From: Acidobacteriota bacterium | GTDB taxonomy: Bacteria > Acidobacteriota > UBA6911 > RPQK01 > JADFOI01 | Length of the DNA stretch: 64,000 bases | NCBI GenBank assembly: GCA_963663035.1 | Contig: OY760074.1 | Span: 704,001-768,000, forward strand | Direction: 5' to 3' | Shown: piece after piece, positions 1 through 8,498 of the stretch | Position numbering within the stretch: position 1 is the first letter of the stretch | Layout: every line of letters starts with the position of its first letter | The notes under the pieces: generated by a model | Seen by the model: the letters and a program-made list of their open reading frames with translations, nothing else | Told to the model about the DNA's origin: nothing | Database searches by the model: none | Program-made: the position numbers and the translations under genes

Positions 1-2
1 AG

Positions 3-221
3 AAGGTACAAAAAAGATTTGTCGCCAATCACCGCGACCAGGAAGCGACTTTTGGGCAGCACCTGGACTATCTGTGTTCTCACCTTTTCCCGAATGGAAA
101 GCTTCAGGAACGCGTCATTAGCTTCAATCAGTTTGTGAGTGAAGAGGGTCCAGACTTAGTCGACCGCGTCATGAATGTGATTGACCCTTTTTGCCCAAGC
201 CATCAAGTGATATACTTGTAA
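3..221 (+). CDS. bshC: C-terminal fragment of bacillithiol biosynthesis cysteine-adding enzyme BshC (runs off left edge)
   Basis: Not in the ORF track. Manual translation gives ...HLDYLCSHLFPNGKLQERVISFNQFVSEEGPDLVDRVMNVIDPFCPSHQVIYL*; the LxPxGxLQER motif is typical of the BshC C-terminus. Confidence 0.7.
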   Translation, partial: KVQKRFVANHRDQEATFGQHLDYLCSHLFPNGKLQERVISFNQFVSEEGPDLVDRVMNVIDPFCPSHQVIYL

Positions 222-265
222 CCTCTGTCACGGATCTATCTCGTTGACTGGATTAGAGTTCAAGG

Positions 266-1702
266 ATGTTTCATCGCCAGTTCCGACTTTTCTCCAATTT
301 ACTGCTGGGCGCCGATTTTCTGGCAGGTCTATGGGCGCTGTATCTGGCCTACTACTTGCGCTACTATCTGGTGGTTTCTGCTCCCCCTGAGATCAGTCGA
401 TTCTTCAATCCGGAGCTGCTGCCTTTACCAGACTATCTTTTCTACTGGCTGATTTTTGTTCCGCTGTGGGTCGTTCTTTTGCTGTGGACCCAACGCTATT
501 CTCAGCTCATGCGCCTGCCCCTGGGAATCCAGGCATTTCGGATTTTACAATTCACACTGAGCGCCGGCTTCTTGACGGGTTTCCTCACCTATAGTTTCAA
601 TCTCGTGATCAGCCGGCCGATCTTCTTTGTCTTTTGGTTTTTCTCTGGGCTAATCCTTGTACTCAATCGAGTCATCCTGCATTGGTATCTGCGCAGCGGC
701 AACATCAACGAGCATAGTCAAATAAAGATATTAATCGTAGGCACTGATGAGCGGGCAAGACAAGTGGGTACATTGCTGGAGCAGTACAAGAAGTGGGGTT
801 ATCACGTCCTGGGCTACCTGAGCAGTGAGGAAAAAGGGACAGCCGTAGCAGGCCTGGAGATCGTGGGTTCGCTCAAAAAGCTGCCGGAATATTTACAGGA
901 AAATGTGGTGGACGAAATCATCTTTCTGGAATCCCATCGGAAAGATATAGAGGAGTTTGAGAAGCTGATCGAATACTGTGGGGACCTCGGCATTCGATCT
1001 CGAGTTGCAGCTGACTTCTTCCTTAATTCTACTTCCAAGGTTTCACTGGAGTATCTAGAGAGTCTGCCCTTGCTCACCTTCTCAACTGTTCCGAATGCCT
1101 CTATCGGGATTTTAGCCAAGCGAGTGGTGGATGTGCTGGTGGCGTCGGTCATTTTGATAGTGTTTGCTCCCTTGACCCTGGTTACAGCGGCTGTCGTTAA
1201 ATTGACCTCTTCAGGACCCGTTTTTTACAAGCAGGTTCGATGTGGGCAGGGCGGACGAAGGTTCCAGCTCATCAAGTTCAGAACCATGATTGAGGGTGCG
1301 GAAGACAAGTTGTGGGAACTGAGGCATCTGAACGAAATGGAGGGGCCGGTTTTTAAGATGCGACATGATCCTCGGGTCACACCGCTGGGCCGAGTTTTGC
1401 GGAAAAGTAGTGTTGATGAGTTACCCCAGGTCTGGAATGTCCTCAAAGGGGAAATGAGTATGGTTGGTCCTCGAGCACCACTGCTCGAGGAGGTCCAACA
1501 CTACACAACGAAACAGAGGCGCCGGCTCGGCGTGAAGCCTGGAATCACCTGTCTTTGGCAGATATCTGGCCGAAACGATGTCGATTTCAACACCTGGATG
1601 GAGTTGGATCTGCAGTACATCGACAAATGGTCTTTCTGGCTGGATCTTTGGATCATGTTGAAGACCATTCCTGCCGTATTCACCGCCAGAGGAGCGCGGT
1701 AA
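266..1702 (+). CDS. Polyprenyl-phosphate sugar phosphotransferase (WcaJ/CpsE-like)
   Basis: N-terminal TM helices, Rossmann-like ILIVG domain, C-terminal KFRTM, DELPQ, GEMSMVGPR and KPGIT motifs. Confidence 0.92.
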   Translation: MFHRQFRLFSNLLLGADFLAGLWALYLAYYLRYYLVVSAPPEISRFFNPELLPLPDYLFYWLIFVPLWVVLLLWTQRYSQLMRLPLGIQAFRILQFTLSAGFLTGFLTYSFNLVISRPIFFVFWFFSGLILVLNRVILHWYLRSGNINEHSQIKILIVGTDERARQVGTLLEQYKKWGYHVLGYLSSEEKGTAVAGLEIVGSLKKLPEYLQENVVDEIIFLESHRKDIEEFEKLIEYCGDLGIRSRVAADFFLNSTSKVSLEYLESLPLLTFSTVPNASIGILAKRVVDVLVASVILIVFAPLTLVTAAVVKLTSSGPVFYKQVRCGQGGRRFQLIKFRTMIEGAEDKLWELRHLNEMEGPVFKMRHDPRVTPLGRVLRKSSVDELPQVWNVLKGEMSMVGPRAPLLEEVQHYTTKQRRRLGVKPGITCLWQISGRNDVDFNTWMELDLQYIDKWSFWLDLWIMLKTIPAVFTARGAR

Positions 1703-1704
1703 GA

Positions 1705-1796
1705 AGATAGGAGGCAGGAGTCAGGAGACAGGAGCCGGACTACTGCCTCCTATCTCCTGCCTCCTACCTCCTACCTCCTGCCTCCTACCTCCTGCC
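1705..1796. repeat. Inverted arrays of 7-bp tandem repeats (AGGAGGC-like / CTCCTRC) between convergent genes
   Basis: AGATAGGAGGCAG (1705-1717) is the perfect reverse complement of CTGCCTCCTATCT (1743-1755); about 7 CTCCT(A/G)C-type units run to 1796. Confidence 0.85.
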
Positions 1797-3568
1797 TTCA
1801 GCTGTTCCTTGTACTGTAACTGATAGAGCTTGTAGTAAATTCCCCGCTTCTTCAGGAGGTCGAAATGGGAACCCTCTTCCTGAATCTCACCCTTGTGCAG
1901 AACAATGATGCGATCACAGTTTTGGATTGTGGAGAGCCGGTGGGCGATGATCAAACTCGTCCGGTCCTTCATCAATTGACCCAAAGCTTCCTGGATCAGA
2001 AGTTCCGTTTCGGTGTCCACTGAGGAAGTGGCTTCATCCAAGACCAGTAATTTCGGGTGGTGCGCCAGCGCACGCGCGAAAGCCAGAAGCTGTTTTTGAC
2101 CCACCGAAAGGCCAGCCCCTCTCTCAGCCACAGGCGTGGCGTATCCTTCTGCAAAATCTTGAATGAAGGGATGAGCGTGGACTTGTCTAGCAGCTCTCTC
2201 CACCTCTTTCCGCCCCAGGGGCCGTCCCCACAGACGAATGTTCTCCTCAATGGTTCCCCGAAAGAGAAAGGTATCTTGAAGCACCACGGCTATCGACTGA
2301 CGCAGCAAGCCCAGGTCCAGGTCTTGAATGGGCACTCCGTCAATCCGGATTTCTCCCTCCTGGACGTCGTAGAATCGGCAAAGAAGATTGATCAGAGTGG
2401 ACTTGCCGGCCCCGGTGGCCCCTACAATGGCTACCTTCTCTCCCGGGGCGACTGTCAGATCAATATTCTTCAGGACCGGAGTGTCGTCTTTGTAAGCGAA
2501 GGAAACATTGGCAAATTCTATCCTTCCTGTGATTTCCGCCGGCCTGCGCGGCTGGGAGGGTGGAACGATCTCTGGTTCAGTGTCCAGAAGTTTGAAAATC
2601 CTTTCTGAACTTGCCATGGCGCTTTGCAGGATGCCGAACTTTTCACTGAGGTCACTGATGGGCTTATAGAATCGTTCTGAGTACTGGATGAAAGCCACCA
2701 GGGCCCCCAGAGTGAGAATCTCCCGGAGAACCTGATTGCCGCCGTACCAGAGGATCAGGGCGATGGCAACAACTCCGATCATGTTCACCAGCGGATAGAA
2801 AACAGCATAGTAGAAGATGGATTGGAGATTGGCCCGCAGGTACTCTGAGTTCCGTTCCTCGAACTGTTGGAATTTTCGATTCTCTTGAACAAAGATTTGA
2901 ACCACGGACATTCCGGTGATGTTTTCCTGCAGAAAAGCATTGATTCTGGCCACACTGCGACGCACCCAACGGTAGGATCCACGGACCTTGATCTTGAAAA
3001 CGAGGGCGGCAATAAACAGGAGCGGAATAACCGAAAAGCACACCAGGGCAAGCCGCCAGTCCAGCCAGAGCATGACCAGTACAATGCCGGACAGAGTGAA
3101 GATATCGCCGAAGATGCTGACCACGCCGGCGGTGAAGAGCTCATTGAGAACGTCTACGTCGGTGGTCATCCGAGTGATCAGACGACCGACTGGATTTCGG
3201 TCAAAATATGCCATGTGCAGTTTCTGGATGTGGGCGAAGATCTCCATACGAAGGTCATACATGATTTTTTGGCCGGTCCAGTTCATCAAGTAGGTCTGGG
3301 CAAAGGAAACACCGAACTGGACCAGGAGAACAGACAGGAACAGCAGGGCGATACTGGAGAGGCCATCGGGATCTCCAGTCAGGATGTGTTGGTCGATGGC
3401 GATGAGGGTGAGATAAGGGCCCACCAGCCGAAGGCCAGAGACGAGAACCAGTAGAAAGATTGAGACTGCCACAACGCGGCGATAGGGATACAGATACTTG
3501 ATCAGGCGCCGCGCCAGTTGACGGTCATAGGCTTTTCCCAGGATCTCTTCTTCGTGGTAATGATTCAT
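1721..3568 (-). CDS. ABC exporter fused permease/ATPase, heterodimer subunit
   Basis: TMD plus Walker A GATGAGKS, degenerate signature LSVGQ, Walker B LLVLDE, H-loop AHRLST. Confidence 0.93.
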   Translation of the reverse strand: MNHYHEEEILGKAYDRQLARRLIKYLYPYRRVVAVSIFLLVLVSGLRLVGPYLTLIAIDQHILTGDPDGLSSIALLFLSVLLVQFGVSFAQTYLMNWTGQKIMYDLRMEIFAHIQKLHMAYFDRNPVGRLITRMTTDVDVLNELFTAGVVSIFGDIFTLSGIVLVMLWLDWRLALVCFSVIPLLFIAALVFKIKVRGSYRWVRRSVARINAFLQENITGMSVVQIFVQENRKFQQFEERNSEYLRANLQSIFYYAVFYPLVNMIGVVAIALILWYGGNQVLREILTLGALVAFIQYSERFYKPISDLSEKFGILQSAMASSERIFKLLDTEPEIVPPSQPRRPAEITGRIEFANVSFAYKDDTPVLKNIDLTVAPGEKVAIVGATGAGKSTLINLLCRFYDVQEGEIRIDGVPIQDLDLGLLRQSIAVVLQDTFLFRGTIEENIRLWGRPLGRKEVERAARQVHAHPFIQDFAEGYATPVAERGAGLSVGQKQLLAFARALAHHPKLLVLDEATSSVDTETELLIQEALGQLMKDRTSLIIAHRLSTIQNCDRIIVLHKGEIQEEGSHFDLLKKRGIYYKLYQLQYKEQLKAGGRRQEVGGRRQEIGGSSPAPVS

Positions 3569-5334
3569 TCCACGCCCAGTTCCTCTTTCAACAATTGCCT
3601 CTCGTAAAGAGTGGCATAGTGTCCTTCCGCCCTGAGAAGATCTTCATGGGTCCCCTGTTCTATGATTGCGCCTTTGTCCAGGACCAGGATCTGATCAGCC
3701 ATTTTGACAGTCGAGATCCGATGAGAAATCAAGATGACGGTCCGCTTCGAGATTTCTCCTGAAAGCCTGTACAGGATCTTTTCCTCTGTATCAGTATCAA
3801 CGCTCGAGAGGGCGTCATCCAGAATGAGAATTTCGGGATCTACCAGAAGAGCCCGACTGATGGCAATGCGTTGCTTCTGTCCTCCCGATAACGTAATGCC
3901 GCGCTCTCCCACGAAAGTCTCGAACTGACCGGGAAAGGCCTGAATATCAGGCCAAATGTTGCTGACTTTCGAATTCTCCTGAATGGCCTTGAAACTCGCT
4001 TCAGGTCTTCCGAAAGCAATGTTTTGCTGGATTGTTTCCGAGAACAGAAAAGTCTCTTGTGGAACGTAGCCGACACTTTTTCGCAAGGTCTTCAGCGGAA
4101 TATCGTTGATGTCCAGGCCATCGATGAAAATGCTCCCTTTGGGAACCTGGTACAGGCGACAGAGGAGGTTCACGAAGGTTGATTTTCCACTCCCCGTCCT
4201 ACCCACAATGGCCAGGGTCTCGCCTGAACCAAGCTGGAAGCTGATGTTCTTGAGGACCGCGACTCCGTTATAGGAAAAAGTGAGATTCTTCACCTCAATG
4301 TTCCCTTTCAGTTGTGAGATGGGAGTGGGATGTTCATCCCGGATTTCCGGCTGGGACTGGAAGATCTGGTTCATTCGACCCATGGAAGCGGAGCCGCGTT
4401 CAAAGATGTTGATCACCCATCCTAAAGCGATGGTGGGCCAGGTGAGCATTGCCACGTAAGCCATGAAAGCGACGAAGTCACCCACCGAAATAGAGCCCTG
4501 AATGACCAGGCGTCCTCCATACCAGAGCAGCACCACCGAGGAGAGGCCCAGGAGAAAAGCCAACAGAGGGTGAACGATTCCCCAAACCTTGACCAGGGAA
4601 AGACTTCTCTTGACGTACTCCTCATTGGCCTGCTGAAATCGCTGAGTGAAAGCTTCCTCCTGGTTGTAAGCCTTGATGACGCGGATCCCCGAGACGTTTT
4701 CCTGGGCTAAAGTCGTGAGCCCTGCAAGTTGTTCCTGGATCTTCTCGAATCGTTTGTGGATTTCTTTTCCAAAGTACTTGACGCTGACACTCACAGCCAC
4801 CAGAGGTAGTAGTGATAACAGGGCGAGCCGCGCCTCAATGCTCACAAGAATCCCAATGGTCAAAACAGCTGTAAAAAGGGTGTTGATGGAGTACATGATT
4901 CCGGGGCCAAGCACCATTCGAACGGCACTCAGATCATTGATCGCCCGGGACATGAGGTCTCCGGTGGGATTGCGCTGGTAGAAGCTTGGAGACAGGGATT
5001 GGAGATGGGCAAATAAATCGTTGCGAAGGTCATACTCGATCTTTCTGGAGACACCAATCAGGATTCGCCGCATCAGAAAGCGGAACATTCCTTCCAGGCC
5101 GCTTGCCGCGATCATGAGCAGCGCATAATAAAGAAGAATATCGCGGCTGATCTCCTGATAGAGACGATCGATGGCGTTACGCAAAATCCAAGGGAAAATC
5201 ACCGCAACGACATTGGTCAGCAGCACCATCGTTGCCCCGAATATGAGGAGTGCTTGGTACTTCTTGAGATATGGGATCAGACCTAAGAGGTGCCGTTTGC
5301 GCGGATCCAGGCGAAGAAACTTACTCAACCTCAA
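3565..5334 (-). CDS. ABC exporter fused permease/ATPase, partner subunit (TmrAB/YheIH-type heterodimer)
   Basis: GRTGSGKS, LSGGQ, degenerate Walker B ILILDD; 4-bp overlap with the partner gene. Confidence 0.93.
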   Translation of the reverse strand: MRLSKFLRLDPRKRHLLGLIPYLKKYQALLIFGATMVLLTNVVAVIFPWILRNAIDRLYQEISRDILLYYALLMIAASGLEGMFRFLMRRILIGVSRKIEYDLRNDLFAHLQSLSPSFYQRNPTGDLMSRAINDLSAVRMVLGPGIMYSINTLFTAVLTIGILVSIEARLALLSLLPLVAVSVSVKYFGKEIHKRFEKIQEQLAGLTTLAQENVSGIRVIKAYNQEEAFTQRFQQANEEYVKRSLSLVKVWGIVHPLLAFLLGLSSVVLLWYGGRLVIQGSISVGDFVAFMAYVAMLTWPTIALGWVINIFERGSASMGRMNQIFQSQPEIRDEHPTPISQLKGNIEVKNLTFSYNGVAVLKNISFQLGSGETLAIVGRTGSGKSTFVNLLCRLYQVPKGSIFIDGLDINDIPLKTLRKSVGYVPQETFLFSETIQQNIAFGRPEASFKAIQENSKVSNIWPDIQAFPGQFETFVGERGITLSGGQKQRIAISRALLVDPEILILDDALSSVDTDTEEKILYRLSGEISKRTVILISHRISTVKMADQILVLDKGAIIEQGTHEDLLRAEGHYATLYERQLLKEELGVE

Positions 5335-5995
5335 ATCCTTGAACGTGGGGAATCTTCAGATCCTGATCGCTACTATGATCGCTACTAAAGGTGACTTGGT
5401 AGCCGTAAAGGAAGGGCGAATTTTCAGCGTAGCGGAGGTTGAAGACACCGGACGATCCAGGTGGGAGGGGATCGGGTTTCACCTGGACTGTGATCTCGTC
5501 CAACCGTTCGAGATCGGACTTCCAGATGGAAACAAGAGCCCGTAATCCTCCCATCGATTCTTGACTCTGATTCCAGACTTCCCCGTTCAAGGAAAAGCCG
5601 TCATAGAAACGCTCGTAGGCCAGCAAAGTCAGTCTCAAGGGGGCTGTTTGTGAGGGGTTTTCAGTGGCGAAATTTCCAAAAAGGGAGAGAGGAGTAAAGC
5701 CGACCACCAGAAAGCACACAAAGGCCAGAACAGCCGAAACCACAAGCGCCTGAACAACCATCGGCAGTTGATTGGCCAGGGGAACAGTCCGGTCGAGCAC
5801 CTTCCCCGGATCTTCGCCTATGATCTCCTGTTCATGCCGCTTCTCGAACTCCTCCCGAAGATACGCGGAAAATCCTTGTTTGCGTGCCTTCAGTCGCAGC
5901 GCAATGAAGCAGAGACTGGCAAGGAAAGCCACTAAAAAAGCCCACAGTGAATACTTCAGTGACTGATCAAGTATCTCCAGGACTCGCTCATTCAT
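5321..5995 (-). CDS. Hypothetical membrane protein with a C-terminal Ig-like (FxLYD-like) domain
   Basis: Two hydrophobic segments, then a GEVWN...LPPGSSGVF pattern resembling FxLYD-type domains. Confidence 0.6.
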   Translation of the reverse strand: MNERVLEILDQSLKYSLWAFLVAFLASLCFIALRLKARKQGFSAYLREEFEKRHEQEIIGEDPGKVLDRTVPLANQLPMVVQALVVSAVLAFVCFLVVGFTPLSLFGNFATENPSQTAPLRLTLLAYERFYDGFSLNGEVWNQSQESMGGLRALVSIWKSDLERLDEITVQVKPDPLPPGSSGVFNLRYAENSPFLYGYQVTFSSDHSSDQDLKIPHVQGFEVE

Positions 5996-6019
5996 GCCGT
6001 CAGGTGTCGGAATTTCCGG

Positions 6020-6625
6020 CTAAGGTCTCTCAGGGCCCGTCGTCTTAGGCATTCTTTCGTCAGGATCTGGAAGGTAGGTCGGGTCTCTCTCCCAAAAACC
6101 CTTTTTCGGTTCCTGCAGGCTAAAGTTTTGTCCGAAAAGTGACTGCCCAAATTGCGTCAGAAGCCTTGCCTCCAAATTTCCAATCGTCTGTATTTTCACC
6201 CAGGTCTCTGTTCCCAGGTACTCCCGTTGAAGAGCTTCGATGTTTGCGTACACTGTAAGCAACGTCTCTCGGTCGCCAATCAACTCTAGAAAAACTTCGT
6301 ACTGGTATCGGACGCTCAGCCAGTCGCCATCTATCAGTTTCGGCTGCTCACCGATCTTGCTGATGTGACTGTCAGTCAAGAGGCCCGAGCTGTATTCACG
6401 AAAGCTGCTCACGATGGATCCTTGAGCCCGATCCTGTTGGAGGATCTCAAAGTCGTTCTTTTCGAGGATCTCTAGTATTCCATTCCAAGCAGGCTCAAAG
6501 GGGATATAGAGTCGCAGAGGGGCTGGGATGAACTGCCCCTTGCCCTGTGCCATGCCCTGCGCTGCAGGGCCGAAGAGCAAAAAAAGGATCAGAAGTAGCC
6601 GGCTCCAGTTCATCATGGCAGTCAT
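6020..6625 (-). CDS. Hypothetical exported protein
   Basis: Signal peptide (LLLILFLLFGPAAQGMAQ); co-oriented with neighbours; true start may be one of the nearby downstream ATGs. Confidence 0.65.
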   Translation of the reverse strand: MTAMMNWSRLLLILFLLFGPAAQGMAQGKGQFIPAPLRLYIPFEPAWNGILEILEKNDFEILQQDRAQGSIVSSFREYSSGLLTDSHISKIGEQPKLIDGDWLSVRYQYEVFLELIGDRETLLTVYANIEALQREYLGTETWVKIQTIGNLEARLLTQFGQSLFGQNFSLQEPKKGFWERDPTYLPDPDERMPKTTGPERP

Positions 6626-6658
6626 TAGTTTAGAACATTCCCGTCCCGTATTAAATTA

Positions 6659-6916
6659 AGCCCTCATGATGCATAAATTTTCTGCTACAGTGCCGCATCC
6701 ACGCTGACGGCGTTGTGCGACCCGCAAGCGGGTACCCCTTGGGCTCCTCGGCGTACTACAAGAGTACGCCTGCGGGGCCCGACCCGTGGCGGGTACCCCT
6801 CGCACGCCAGTCGGAGCCGCAGGCTTTAGCCTGCGGGCCCGTGGGCTAAAGCCCACGGCTCTGTTTTCCGGCGCTTGCTCCACTTCGCTACGAAAAACCT
6901 ATGCATAATGAGGGCT
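6659..6916. repeat. Palindromic MITE/REPIN-like element, copy 1 (type A ends, with REP-like insert)
   Basis: Terminal IR AGCCCTCATGATGCATA...TATGCATAATGAGGGCT; core shared with copies at 19473, 27923 and 31577. Confidence 0.88.
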
Positions 6917-6959
6917 AAGCCCGCAGTCTGCATGATACGGGCGAGACACTACCCGCCGG

Positions 6960-8003
6960 TTAACGCTGATACTGTGCAACGGCTCGAGTGTGATCCCGGT
7001 AGTTGCTCGAGAAGATGTGCCTTCCTTCGTTTGCCAGGACAAAATAAAGATAGTCGACTTCCGCTGGATAGAGCGCGGCATCAATGGACTCAAGTCCCGG
7101 ATTCGCAATAGGACCGGCAGGTAAACCGGGGTAGAGATAGGTGTTGTAAGGAGAGTCGAGTTTCAGGTCGCTCTGATTGATCACCCCGTCGAATGCCTTC
7201 ACCAGTTTGACTGCATAAATGACGGTTGGATCGCACTCTAGTTTGAGGTTCTTCCGGAGCCGATTGTGGAAGACTGCCGAGATGAGTGGACGCTCTTTTG
7301 GGAGCCCCGTTTCCTTTTCAATCAACGAGGCCAAGGTAACGACCTCACGGGTTGTCAAATCCAATTCTTCCGCTCGCTTTAATCGCTCTGGAGTCCAAGT
7401 TTTGCGGAAATTGGCCACCATCGCTTGAACAATACCCTCTTCGCTTATGTCTCGAGTCAAAAAGTAGGTGTCCGGGAAGAGGTATCCCTCCAGGCCGTTC
7501 TCAGGGCGAGGATCCCAGTCATCCATCAGGGCTGTACTCTGCATGGCTTCAAGAAACTGGTCGGTCGCTCCAAATCCTTCACCAGCAAATCGCTCGGCAA
7601 TCTCATTCATGTTCAGGCCTTCGGGGATAGTGACGCGGTAATGGTGGACCAGGCCTGCCTTCAATGTTTCTGTCACCGAGGGAAGATTCAGAGGTTCCTC
7701 AAACCGATAATCTCCAGCCTGCAGTATTAAGGGCCTATAGAAAAACCGAGCGTACCATTCAAAGAGCAAGGAAGAGCGGACGATCCCGTAAGATTCCAGA
7801 GTCCCGGCAATTTGGGGAACAGTGGAACCCCGTTGGATGACAACCTGTTGATGAGGCCCCTCATAACCCCGGTAAGGCTGATAGATCTGGATCATTAACC
7901 ACAACAACAAGGAGGCCGTGGCGAGACTTGCCAGCCCGGCCAAAAGAATCAGACTTCGTGAACCCTTGAGTCGTTCCCTCATCGTGATTCCTCTAAGTAC
8001 CAC
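6960..8003 (-). CDS. mltG: Endolytic transglycosylase MltG
   Basis: N-terminal TM, LEGYLFPDTY, LASLIEKE, DPTVIY, SPYNTY, GLPAGPIANPG. Confidence 0.95.
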   Translation of the reverse strand: MVLRGITMRERLKGSRSLILLAGLASLATASLLLWLMIQIYQPYRGYEGPHQQVVIQRGSTVPQIAGTLESYGIVRSSLLFEWYARFFYRPLILQAGDYRFEEPLNLPSVTETLKAGLVHHYRVTIPEGLNMNEIAERFAGEGFGATDQFLEAMQSTALMDDWDPRPENGLEGYLFPDTYFLTRDISEEGIVQAMVANFRKTWTPERLKRAEELDLTTREVVTLASLIEKETGLPKERPLISAVFHNRLRKNLKLECDPTVIYAVKLVKAFDGVINQSDLKLDSPYNTYLYPGLPAGPIANPGLESIDAALYPAEVDYLYFVLANEGRHIFSSNYRDHTRAVAQYQR

Positions 8004-8431
8004 TGTAGGATCACAGCTGCTGCAAATTCATTTCGCCTTTTTCGCCTCTCGGCAACGGCCAAGCCCGCTTCTGCCATAAGCCGCTCTGCCTCCTTCGTCG
8101 ATAGGCGCTCCTCCGCTGATTCTATGGGGATCTCCAAGGATTGCTCCAGACGACTCACCAGAGGCTCGATTAGGTCGAGGGTAGTGCTGCGTTGGCCTCC
8201 CAGATGGCGAGGCATTCCCACCACAAGTTTTTCGATCTGCTGTTCTTCAATGAGCTGGCAGATTCTCTCAGTATCCATGTCCAGGCTGTCTCGAATCAGC
8301 GTCTTCAAAGGCCGGACGGTCACCTTTAAGGGATCCGTGACGGCAACGCCAATCGTCTTCGAACCGACATCCAAAGCCATCCATCGCGTCCAGGAGGCAC
8401 GTGATCCATTATTTATCGCATTCTCTTGCAT
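7979..8431 (-). CDS. yqgF: Pre-16S rRNA nuclease / Holliday junction resolvase-like YqgF (RuvX)
   Basis: ALDVGSKTIGVA, VVGMP, EERLST, AAAVILQWYL. Confidence 0.9.
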   Translation of the reverse strand: MQENAINNGSRASWTRWMALDVGSKTIGVAVTDPLKVTVRPLKTLIRDSLDMDTERICQLIEEQQIEKLVVGMPRHLGGQRSTTLDLIEPLVSRLEQSLEIPIESAEERLSTKEAERLMAEAGLAVAERRKRRNEFAAAVILQWYLEESR

Positions 8432-8459
8432 TGTTGCAGTAAAGTTCCTAAGCTATAAT
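8431..8459 (+). promoter_or_regulatory. Putative sigma70 promoter for the S41 gene
   Basis: TTGTTG-N17-TATAAT, about 40 nt upstream of ATG 8499. Confidence 0.5.
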
Positions 8460-8498
8460 CATATCGCGGTCGTGACCCGAATAGTTTAGAGGAAATCG

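Noticed and set aside
5364-5387. 12-bp tandem duplication TGATCGCTACTA
   Set aside because: Single in-frame duplication (SSDHSSDQ) with no sign of function
6656-6883. Small ORFs inside the palindromic elements (also 19456-19783 and 31587-31814)
   Set aside because: Frames and lengths differ between copies; they are by-products of GC-rich palindromes
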